Source: a virus
Taxonomy: Duplodnaviria; Caudoviricetes
DNA length: 28,861 nt
IMG/VR virus record: IMGVR_UViG_3300022183_000045
Span: 1 to 28,861 of that record
Strand: one strand, 5' to 3'
Numbering within the stretch: position 1 is the first letter of the stretch; each line of letters opens with the position of its first letter. Shown piece after piece: positions 1 through 7,123 of the stretch. A program made the position numbers and the translations under genes. Under the pieces are notes generated by a model, which was not told the origin of the DNA, searched no databases, and saw nothing but the letters and a program-made list of their open reading frames with translations.

Positions 1-10
1 GGCTTATAGG

Positions 11-160
11 GCGCGCTAGCGCGCTTTACGGTCTTTAATCCCCCCCTATAGTCCCCCCCTTAACGGCTTAAAGGGGGAAGAGACTACCCTTTATGGGTGG
101 TCTTCTTCCCCGTGTCGCCATCCACCTTTGGAGAGGGGGAGCACCACTTCCCTTTGTCCC
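11..160. other. Non-coding hairpin/palindrome-rich region downstream of terL, probably the genome right end or terminal-repeat neighbourhood
   Basis: Perfect palindrome GCGCGCTAGCGCGC (11-24); C7-TATAGT-C7 (40-59); stem 55-63/68-77; stem GGGGAAGAGACTACCC/GGGTGGTCTTCTTCCCC (74-89/95-111). In T7-like phages terL lies close to the right terminal repeat. Confidence 0.55.
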
Positions 161-190
161 CTCCTTGCTAATGGCCGCAGTCGTTGTTAA

Positions 191-1945
191 TCAATTCCAG
201 CGCAAGGGCTTTCGTAGTGTTTGTGTCTTACGCTTAAATTGGATAAAACTGGCACCTAAACAGAGACCATCAACTGCTTCAGATGGAGCTTCTTCGAACA
301 TCTCCATCATTGCTGTCCACTCTTCATTTCGTCTTTCTGCTTGACGCTTATGAGCAGACTGAGCAAGAGCATCTGTAAACCATTGGACCCCTTGAGCAAG
401 CGAGTCAACCCGGTCATCATGTTTGACTGCTCCTTTCTCTCTACACATCCTGGAGAGCTGGTACATGAGCATGTATTCCAGTCTCTTCTCTGGTGCTACG
501 TCTGGATTAGATCTGTAGTCCCATTCAAGGACCTTTGGATCGATGATCAGCTTGTGCTGGTTGAGTACAGGTTCGAGAGTTTCGATAATCCGCTCTTCTT
601 TGCGTACCGAAGCACGGACCTCTTCCAGGTGAGCATTACATTGCTGCTGAATGAGATGTCTTTTGAGAAGTTCGCATACCATTCCGTCTCCGAAGTTGGA
701 TTCGACAAGGATCGTAGTAGCATTGTACTTCTTAGCTGTCCTGACTATTTCAGAGAGCGTTGTATCCGAGTAACCATCCCTTGAAGCCCCCATATGGCGG
801 ACGAAGATATACCCATTAGCTTGTGACAGAACAGTATAAGCTGTTTCGTCAGTACCACGACCGCTAGGGTCAAGGGAGAGGATCGTCTCGGAGTAATCGA
901 CCATTCCCGGGTCAATAAACATCGGTGCAAACCATCTATCTCCTGGTAGGCCGACAGCAGGTAGCTCCTTGTGTACGTAACGCAGGTCTGAGCTCCACGC
1001 GTACCGCTCAGCAGCAGTGTCAGACAGCGGTGTACAAATGAAGTCAGAGAATCTAAGGGGAAACTTCTCAGCATCAGACAGGGTTGTGTTTAATTGGAAC
1101 TGGAGTTCGAAGTTAGAGCGGCCCATGTGGGCTTCACGCTCTGTTAGTTCGTCTTCTCCAAAGCGTGTATCTGTTGGTGTCCCCCTTTGAGCCCCCTTTG
1201 CCATATCCTCCTCTAGCTGCGGCGCTAGGGTGCCTTCGTACAGGGAGGGGTCACTGGGATACCTGGCAGGCCAAACAAAGGGCCTGTAGCCCCTCTCAGA
1301 TAGCTTACGGTAGACGGTAAAGGTTGTCTGAGGTGTACCTAGATAGATGATTCGGGAAGTAGGCTTAGGAATGAGGACGGATTCTGCTTCAGTAACAAGC
1401 TGGAGCAGTTTCTCTCTCTGCATGTCTGTGGCAGAGTTGTTGGGGACTTCAACGTCGTCATAGAGGATAATGTCCGCTCGACTTCCTGTGAAGTTACCGG
1501 TGATGCCGACTGACTTGACCGAAGGGGATTGAGTAGGAACACAACCGCCAATGTCAAAGTTGACACGAGACCAGCGGTGCTGATCGCCTTTAGGCCGCAT
1601 ATGCGCGAGCCAGTCAATCTGCATGACAAGCTTCTGGAGGAAGATGCTGTTTGAGTCAGCCCGATCTTTAGAAGCGGAAAGGCATATAATTTTCTTGTCT
1701 GGGTCTCTGTATAGTTCCCAGAGTACGTAGGCAGCCGTAACATAGGATTTTCCAATTCCCCTAAAGGCCTGTACTTGTAAGCGTTTTGGTCCATTCTGTA
1801 GATAGTCTGCGATGCAGTTTTGTGCACGGGTTGGGGCAGGGAGGCCCAGCTCGTGCCAGACCGCCCTTAAGAATAGTTTGAAGTCAACCTTCAGACGCTG
1901 CTCTAAGGTATTTAATTGCTCTTTCGAGCGTCTGGATGTCGTCAT
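191..1945 (-). CDS. terL: Terminase large subunit (T7 gp19-like DNA maturase B)
   Basis: 584 aa. Walker A AFRGIGKS; TGSRADIILYDDVE Walker B region; YLGTPQ motif; nuclease motifs DPSGRGTDET and HDDRVDSL. Confidence 0.97.
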   Translation of the reverse strand: MTTSRRSKEQLNTLEQRLKVDFKLFLRAVWHELGLPAPTRAQNCIADYLQNGPKRLQVQAFRGIGKSYVTAAYVLWELYRDPDKKIICLSASKDRADSNSIFLQKLVMQIDWLAHMRPKGDQHRWSRVNFDIGGCVPTQSPSVKSVGITGNFTGSRADIILYDDVEVPNNSATDMQREKLLQLVTEAESVLIPKPTSRIIYLGTPQTTFTVYRKLSERGYRPFVWPARYPSDPSLYEGTLAPQLEEDMAKGAQRGTPTDTRFGEDELTEREAHMGRSNFELQFQLNTTLSDAEKFPLRFSDFICTPLSDTAAERYAWSSDLRYVHKELPAVGLPGDRWFAPMFIDPGMVDYSETILSLDPSGRGTDETAYTVLSQANGYIFVRHMGASRDGYSDTTLSEIVRTAKKYNATTILVESNFGDGMVCELLKRHLIQQQCNAHLEEVRASVRKEERIIETLEPVLNQHKLIIDPKVLEWDYRSNPDVAPEKRLEYMLMYQLSRMCREKGAVKHDDRVDSLAQGVQWFTDALAQSAHKRQAERRNEEWTAMMEMFEEAPSEAVDGLCLGASFIQFKRKTQTLRKPLRWN

Positions 1946-2267
1946 TGAATTTTCCGAGTGAGGTGTTACAGTCTTCGCAGAGCAGTCCGCGAACTTTACC
2001 TGTGGTGTGGCAATGGTCTACAGCATGACGCTTAGGGAACTCCAGCTGATGGCGCCTACAAATTGCACAGCAGCCGTCTTGCTCAACAAACATCTTGTTG
2101 TAGATATCCTTGTCGATGCCATACACTCTCTTGAGTTTAGATTCCCATTGGAGCTGTAGGCAGCAAGGCTTGCAGTTGTTCTGTAGTCCCCCTTTAACCG
2201 TATTAGATCTGTAGAACTCCCCCAGAGGCTTCTCTAAGCCGCATGAGGAGCATTTCTTGGTGCACAT
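1884..2267 (-). CDS. Endonuclease VII-like (His-Me finger) putative homing endonuclease
   Basis: 127 aa. N-terminal CxxC...CKPC Zn finger, LKRVYGI, CAIC, VDHCHTTGKVRGLLCEDCNTSLG. Confidence 0.9.
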   Translation of the reverse strand: MCTKKCSSCGLEKPLGEFYRSNTVKGGLQNNCKPCCLQLQWESKLKRVYGIDKDIYNKMFVEQDGCCAICRRHQLEFPKRHAVDHCHTTGKVRGLLCEDCNTSLGKFNDDIQTLERAIKYLRAASEG

Positions 2268-2291
2268 GGTAGTTTGTATTAAAAGGGATTA

Positions 2292-2320
2292 GAGGCCCCT
2301 TGTAGGGCCTCCTAGGGGCC
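2292..2320 (-). terminator. GC-rich hairpin after the lysozyme-domain gene (possible terminator or processing site)
   Basis: GAGGCCC-6 nt-GGGCCTC (2292-2311) directly after the stop at 2321. The downstream T tract is weak. Confidence 0.4.
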
Positions 2321-3655
2321 TTAGGAAGCGGATTCGCCTCCACCACCGCCCGTAGCAGTAGAAGTTCCACCAGTGTTAGGGGTGGTTCCGTATTGAGCTG
2401 TACCTAGGTTCCAGCCGCCTACCTTCTCTCCAGAATCCAGAGCACCACCACCTTGGAGGTTAGAATTCACCTTGTTAGCTGTAGCGATCTGTTCTGTGTA
2501 TGATGGACCGAAGTCAGCTTGATACTGCTCCTGGCCTTGGGGAATCTGCCAAGCATTGGCTTCAGATGAGCCAGGCTTGTAGTAATCATCCTTGATGCGC
2601 AGCTTATCCAGCGCATTCTCGTTGAAGTACTGAGCGAAGTTGTAGCCCTTGTAGTCGTAGTCACCATAGGTGGCCTGACGGGCTTCAGAGCGGGCATCAA
2701 GGGTAGACTGCCAGGACTCCTGCTGCTTAGTGCCGAGTTCCTTGAAGAAGTCCATACCCTGCTTGAAGGCTGTGGCTGTGTTGTTGGTTACGTTACCGTA
2801 GCCGCCCTTCTTAGCCATCTTCATGACATTCTCTTGAATGCCGAACTTAGACAGGACATTAGTAAGACCAGTCTTCTTCAGGTACTTCCAGCCCTTCTTG
2901 AATTGCTTCTTGTTGACTTGATCGAAGTTCCCGTTTTGCACATTGTAGACGGTTTCAAGTGCACGAGCGGCCCGCTTGTCCAGCTTGGACATTAATCTTG
3001 CATTCTTTTGCTCGTTTGAACCGAACACAGAACCAATACTGGCGTTATCGCCAAACTTCTGGCCCAGCTTCTGTAGCCACTTCCCACTAAAGATGGGAGA
3101 CAGCACATTAGCTGGTTGGGGCTTTGGGGTTTGAGGCCCCGTTTTAGGCGCATTGAGGAACCGCTGATAGATTGAATCACCGGAGGTTATACGGCGGTCC
3201 AAATGTGGCTCAGATGGCCGGAAATAGTTGTTTGTGAAGTGTGTGGCTGCCTCGGCCACAGAAGAGAACTTAGGCAGGTTCTCGAGGCTCCTAGACCAGC
3301 CTATGAGGCTCTCACCAGTTGGGGGGTCATGCTTACCCATGTACTCTTCAACAAAGTACCGTAACTGGAACTGAGCACTGTTTGGATCAATGCCCTGGCT
3401 GATAGCCTGCTGCCTAGCCCTGTCATATGGTCCACGGCGGACATCGGTGTACTGGGAGATACCACGTCCTTTATTGTTGTTGCCTCTCTCAACTACATCT
3501 AGGTTGGATAGATCATCACTACCTGTTTCAACCATCCAAGAGCCAATGAGACCAGCAGCAGCATAGGGGGACATCCGCTTTATTTTGCCACCAGAGAGCT
3601 TCTCGATTTCATCTCCTGTGAGCGCGTTGTAGAAGTAACTAATGTTGTCGGACAT
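2321..3655 (-). CDS. Phage tail lysozyme (Phage_lysozyme2-like) domain protein with a long C-terminal extension
   Basis: N-terminal ~165 aa contain AAAGLIGSWMVETG (putative catalytic Glu), GRGISQYT..RR, QLRYFVEE and AATHFTNNYFRP..RR. The remainder is basic/amphipathic, then Gly/Thr-rich. Confidence 0.8.
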   Translation of the reverse strand: MSDNISYFYNALTGDEIEKLSGGKIKRMSPYAAAGLIGSWMVETGSDDLSNLDVVERGNNNKGRGISQYTDVRRGPYDRARQQAISQGIDPNSAQFQLRYFVEEYMGKHDPPTGESLIGWSRSLENLPKFSSVAEAATHFTNNYFRPSEPHLDRRITSGDSIYQRFLNAPKTGPQTPKPQPANVLSPIFSGKWLQKLGQKFGDNASIGSVFGSNEQKNARLMSKLDKRAARALETVYNVQNGNFDQVNKKQFKKGWKYLKKTGLTNVLSKFGIQENVMKMAKKGGYGNVTNNTATAFKQGMDFFKELGTKQQESWQSTLDARSEARQATYGDYDYKGYNFAQYFNENALDKLRIKDDYYKPGSSEANAWQIPQGQEQYQADFGPSYTEQIATANKVNSNLQGGGALDSGEKVGGWNLGTAQYGTTPNTGGTSTATGGGGGESAS

Positions 3656-3673
3656 AGTATAAAAGAAATTAGG

Positions 3674-4651
3674 TTACTGAAGCACTCCGTTCAGAGTAAT
3701 CGTCCAGCCACGGGACTTAAGGTTGGATACAGCAGTTGCTACGCTAGGTGTTCCCGAACCTGCATTGTAATCAATGGTGATGTCTACATCAGAAGAAGGT
3801 GCAGATTGGCCAGAGGTGTCAATGCTGTTGAGGATGTTCTCGACGGATGTGGCGGTGAGGGAGGAGCAGCCGGCCCAAGCAAGATCAAAGCAACTATTGG
3901 CTGGTGTGCCAGTCCAGGAGTCAAAGAAGTTGGCTGGGAAGTCTGTAAGGCTTGTGCAGTTGTACCAAGCAGCGTAAAAGCTAGTACCGCTTGAAGTGTC
4001 GATCAAGGGGAAGCTGGTTAGGCCTGAGCAGTTCTGCCAAGCAGCGTAGAAGTTAGTCCCGCTTGAAGTGTCGATCAAGGGGAAACTAGTAAAGCCTGAG
4101 CAGTCTCGCCAAGCAGCGTAGAAGTTAGTCCCGGTTGAAGTGTCAATTAAGGGGAAGCTAGTTAGTCCAGAGCAGGCACGCCAAGCACCACTAAAGTCAG
4201 TCACACCAGTAAAAACGCCAAAAGCAGCGTTAAAGTCGGTCATGTTGGCTGCACCCCTCCAAGCATTTGCGAGGCTAGTACCAAAGTCAATGTCAGTGGT
4301 ATCGATCCTAGTTATCTGGTCTTCATCCCCGCTGTTGTTAAAATACGGACGATACACTACAGCTGATGTGACTTTGATGATGTAATCACCAGCTGCGTAA
4401 GTATGCGACAGGTTGTTTGACGTACTAGTCTCTGAGGACCCATCCCCCCAGTCCACCTCGTAACTTACAGAACCTGTTGATCTTAAAGTGAACGCGCCAC
4501 CAGGGCTTGTGATGTTGTAGCAGAGTTCGCAGATGACAGGACCATAAGCATTGAAGATCCTACCTAGACCTGCCCTGTAACTGAATCTATTGTCAAATGT
4601 CCATGTTCCTAGTGATGTTCTTTGAGCGAGCCTTTCATCAAGTGTACTCAT
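3674..4651 (-). CDS. PKD-like domain plus DUF285/BspA-like 24-aa repeat protein, putative virion surface protein
   Basis: VDWGDG..SHTYAAGDYIIKV PKD motif, repeats FPLIDTSSGTNFYAAWxxCSGLTS, and the capping motif NLKSRGWTITLN. Confidence 0.75.
   Translation of the reverse strand: MSTLDERLAQRTSLGTWTFDNRFSYRAGLGRIFNAYGPVICELCYNITSPGGAFTLRSTGSVSYEVDWGDGSSETSTSNNLSHTYAAGDYIIKVTSAVVYRPYFNNSGDEDQITRIDTTDIDFGTSLANAWRGAANMTDFNAAFGVFTGVTDFSGAWRACSGLTSFPLIDTSTGTNFYAAWRDCSGFTSFPLIDTSSGTNFYAAWQNCSGLTSFPLIDTSSGTSFYAAWYNCTSLTDFPANFFDSWTGTPANSCFDLAWAGCSSLTATSVENILNSIDTSGQSAPSSDVDITIDYNAGSGTPSVATAVSNLKSRGWTITLNGVLQ
3956..4200 (-). repeat. 72-bp coding tandem repeat (about 3.5 units)
   Basis: CCAAGCAGCGTA occurs at 3965, 4037 and 4109, and CCAAGCACCA at 4181, an exact 72-nt period. 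Confidence 0.9.
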
Positions 4652-4669
4652 TTATTTAAGGGGTTTATA

Positions 4670-4689
4670 GGAAGGGGACCGAAGCCCCC
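4670..4689 (-). terminator. Terminator-like hairpin with cUUCGg loop
   Basis: Minus strand GGGGGC-TTCG-GTCCCC then TTCCT, 7 nt after the stop of the 67-aa ORF. The T tract is short. Confidence 0.6.
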
Positions 4690-4696
4690 AATGAGA

Positions 4697-4900
4697 TCAG
4701 ACCTGGACAGAGGTTGCGTAACCAGTGCTGTCCACAGTGGTAACGCGGTTGCGCTGAACCACACCGTTCAGGATGTCCAGGACATCGCGCACAGTGCTTG
4801 AAGTGGTGATAGCAGCCAGGGCTGTATCAGCTGTAGTATCAATTGTGTAGCCGTCGTAGGGACCGGCCAGAAAAGCTTCGCGGGTGTTGGAGATTGCCAT
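4697..4900 (-). CDS. Small hypothetical protein (67 aa, MAISNTREAFLAGPYDG...), possibly structural
   Basis: The ATG at 4900 overlaps the TAA of the HNH gene (TAATG coupling), so it is preferred over the track start at 4969. Thr/Ala-rich and followed by a hairpin. Confidence 0.7.
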   Translation of the reverse strand: MAISNTREAFLAGPYDGYTIDTTADTALAAITTSSTVRDVLDILNGVVQRNRVTTVDSTGYATSVQV

Positions 4901-5166
4901 TATGCTAACTGTAGGTTTAAGAATGCTTCGACCTGCATGGATCCCTTTGCTTGGTTGCAGGAGCGACATGCGGTCGCGCAGTTCTCAGCGTTTGTTGGAC
5001 CACCCTTCGATCTAGGGCGGACATGATCAATAGTCAGGTTGCGGTCACAGCCGCAGTAGACACACCGGTGTCCATCTCTTTCGAATATCGCATTTCGCCA
5101 CATCCTCTTAGCATCGCTGCTTTTGAGGACAATCATGTTGTAGAGATAGTCACCGGGGGTTTGCAT
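4900..5166 (-). CDS. HNH endonuclease
   Basis: WRNAIFERDGHRCVYCG..LTIDHVRPRSKGG....NCATACRSCNQAKG. Confidence 0.93.
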   Translation of the reverse strand: MQTPGDYLYNMIVLKSSDAKRMWRNAIFERDGHRCVYCGCDRNLTIDHVRPRSKGGPTNAENCATACRSCNQAKGSMQVEAFLNLQLA

Positions 5167-5171
5167 GATGA

Positions 5172-5450
5172 TTACTTCTTAGTAGTTTTGCCATTAGCAC
5201 CTTGCCGTCCGCGATTCTTCTTTGGTGATTCGGCTACGATCCTGCCATTCTTCTTGTGAGACATGTCAGGACCGCCCTTACCATAGATTCCACGTTTGCG
5301 GCGCTCTTTGTTGAGCTCGGCACGGTATTTGCGGTTCTTAGCTGATTTGTTACGCTTGCGCTGGGCAGCGTTCTTTTTAGCTCGCGCTTTGGGATTTGAG
5401 GCGTAATACCTGGCGGATTTACCAGGATTCTTTGATTTACGTGGAGCCAT
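5172..5450 (-). CDS. Highly basic protein with a degenerate HNH-like C-terminus
   Basis: 92 aa, K/R-rich. The DMSH..NG......KKNRGR pattern resembles a Cys-less HNH core. The gene is tightly packed between its neighbours. Confidence 0.7.
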   Translation of the reverse strand: MAPRKSKNPGKSARYYASNPKARAKKNAAQRKRNKSAKNRKYRAELNKERRKRGIYGKGGPDMSHKKNGRIVAESPKKNRGRQGANGKTTKK

Positions 5451-5829
5451 AGTGACCTACATCTTCTAGATAATCTGCAAGTGCTCTCAAGCGAGAGGGG
5501 CTATCACCCATACGTCCTGCAGAGACGTTACAACTGGAACATAGGATTCCACGGACATCTCCGGTAGAATGATTATGGTCTACCACTAGTGATTTAATAG
5601 ACCCACATACAACACAGCAGCAATCTTGGGAAGCTAATATAGTGTTGAATTGATCGAGGTCAATACCATACTTCCTTTTAAGATCGTAGTTCTTCTGAAT
5701 TTTCCATTGATCTGGATTGTTCCGCTGTCTCTCCCTCGACCTAGTTGTGGCACAAGGTTTGCAGAACTTATGCCTTGAGTAGAATTCAGACAAGTCCTTT
5801 TCTACACCACAAATGCTGCAGGTCTTCAC
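5437..5829 (-). CDS. Endonuclease VII-like putative homing endonuclease
   Basis: 130 aa. The GTG start overlaps the terS stop (TAGTG). Motifs CSIC..CKPC, LKRKYGI, CVVC, VDHNHSTGDVRGILCSSCN. Confidence 0.9.
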   Translation of the reverse strand: MKTCSICGVEKDLSEFYSRHKFCKPCATTRSRERQRNNPDQWKIQKNYDLKRKYGIDLDQFNTILASQDCCCVVCGSIKSLVVDHNHSTGDVRGILCSSCNVSAGRMGDSPSRLRALADYLEDVGHYGST

Positions 5830-6065
5830 TATTGAATCTCCTCCGCAACTTCATCAAAGGAAAGCTCTGGGATCAGACCAACAAGTCCAGCAAGTGGGCT
5901 GTTCTCCACAGGGACTCCAGTGATGTCATTAGCTTTCAACCAATCCACTGCAGCCCGGAGATCTGCGGTAGATGCTTGGCCCGATTGGATTCGCTCGATG
6001 AACTCTGCCGTAACCAGTCCATGGAGGAACTCAAATTGGTCCTCTGTCCCCATTTTTGTAGCCAT
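5829..6065 (-). CDS. terS: Terminase small subunit (T7 gp18-like DNA maturase A)
   Basis: 78 aa. The pattern EDQFEFLHGLVT.EF..RI.SG.ASTADLRAAVDWLKANDITG resembles cyanopodovirus small terminases as I recall them, and the position after the lysis genes fits. Confidence 0.85.
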   Translation of the reverse strand: MATKMGTEDQFEFLHGLVTAEFIERIQSGQASTADLRAAVDWLKANDITGVPVENSPLAGLVGLIPELSFDEVAEEIQ

Positions 6066-6067
6066 GT

Positions 6068-6298
6068 TCAGTCATCCAGTGCTTTGAGGTCATTCAGCAG
6101 CTCTTCCACGCGAGCGCGGATAGCAACCACTTTGTCGTCTTCTTTGCGATGAGGACGTTGTGTATCGATCAGGTTCTTTACGAGCTGAGCGACGCTATTC
6201 TCCTTAAGCTTTGAAACTCCGATTACTTCGGAGATAATAAATGCTGCCAGGAAGCCCAGGGCCTCGTAGGTCAGCTTGACGCCAAGAATTTCAATCAT
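6068..6298 (-). CDS. Small membrane protein, holin candidate
   Basis: Hydrophobic segment ALGFLAAFIISEVIGV with a charged C-terminus, located directly before terS as T7 holin 17.5 is. Confidence 0.55.
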   Translation of the reverse strand: MIEILGVKLTYEALGFLAAFIISEVIGVSKLKENSVAQLVKNLIDTQRPHRKEDDKVVAIRARVEELLNDLKALDD

Positions 6299-6551
6299 TG
6301 TAGTGACATTTGAGTTGACTTAGTTTCCTTCGGTCGTCGAAGACGTGAGCATCTAGCTTCTCTTCCATCCGACCAAGGGTTTTGAAGAGCCCATCCATAG
6401 TCCTGTTGAGCTCTTCTTTTGTTACGTAGGTCTCTGAGATCTTCAATTCAAGCTTAAGAACATCAGACTCAACTGAATCTAACTTCTTTAGAGTGAAGGT
6501 GAAACCCCCCAGCAGGGCTGAGAGTGCGATCCCAATCAGGTATTCAGGCAT
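6291..6551 (-). CDS. Single-TM coiled-coil protein (holin/spanin-like lysis candidate)
   Basis: N-terminal TM YLIGIALSALLGGFTFTL followed by a heptad-like helix containing YVTKEEL. Confidence 0.55.
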   Translation of the reverse strand: MPEYLIGIALSALLGGFTFTLKKLDSVESDVLKLELKISETYVTKEELNRTMDGLFKTLGRMEEKLDAHVFDDRRKLSQLKCHYND

Positions 6552-6552
6552 G

Positions 6553-7077
6553 TTAGGGTCTGCATGTCATGTACCACCCGGTACCAGGACCGTCAATTTC
6601 CCAACGCTGTAGCCAGTTCTTGTACGAATAGTGGATGTACTCACCCTGGGTGTAGTTCACATATCCACCATGAACCAAGTCGGCTTCACCTGAAGGATCA
6701 TGGACAAGAAATCCAGTGTCGTCGTAACCAACGATCACAGACCAGTGTCCTCCCCCTGTAGGCGCGCTTACACGCCCCTTGTGGATCCAACCTACTGCTA
6801 CTGGGTAACCTTTATCGATCTCGGCTTTAAGTCGGGATGCGGTGCCGTTTGTTAGGAATGATGGGTGTAGGCCCAGCCGGCTAAGAGCACCGAGCTGGGC
6901 AGTGGAGCTGGTAGTATCCCCGTAGTGCTGGCGGATAAGGTTGTACTCATCATCGGACTTAACCTTGCCCAGGTAGGCCGCCAACATGGCACAGGAGGAG
7001 CTGAAGCACTCTCGGTATCCCGTACCGCTCTTGTTATCGTATTGGTAGAAGTAAGGTACGTTTAGTTGTTGCTTCAT
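6553..7077 (-). CDS. Peptidase C39-like cysteine peptidase (putative endolysin)
   Basis: LNVPYFYQ..N, ECFSSSCAM (Cys), GGHWSVIVGY (His), VHDP (Asp). Adjacent to two membrane-protein genes. Confidence 0.85.
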   Translation of the reverse strand: MKQQLNVPYFYQYDNKSGTGYRECFSSSCAMLAAYLGKVKSDDEYNLIRQHYGDTTSSTAQLGALSRLGLHPSFLTNGTASRLKAEIDKGYPVAVGWIHKGRVSAPTGGGHWSVIVGYDDTGFLVHDPSGEADLVHGGYVNYTQGEYIHYSYKNWLQRWEIDGPGTGWYMTCRP

Positions 7078-7095
7078 ACGTGGATAAAGGGGTAG

Positions 7096-7123
7096 TTAAG
7101 TCACGTGTTTTTTGTCATAATTA
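7096..7123 (-). repeat. Degenerate direct repeat of the start of the tailspike-2 gene (partner at 8591-8619); probable relic gene start
   Basis: TAATT-ATGACAAAAAACACGTGACTTA here versus TAATTACT-ATGACAAAAACACGAGACTTA at 8619-8591. Confidence 0.8.

Noticed and set aside
36-51. T7 promoter-like TAAT...CTATAG
   Set aside because: The spacing is 2 nt short, the specificity core is replaced by a C-run, and it points against the direction of transcription.
93-344. 83-aa plus-strand ORF
   Set aside because: It is antisense to terL, runs through the hairpin region and has no recognisable features.
191-1945. Intein or group I intron in terL associated with the adjacent endonuclease
   Set aside because: TerL is continuous and of normal length with no splicing motifs, and the endonuclease is free-standing.
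3956-4200. CRISPR array or DGR template/variable repeat pair
   Set aside because: The repeats are in-frame coding units without unique spacers, and there is no cas or reverse transcriptase gene in the window.
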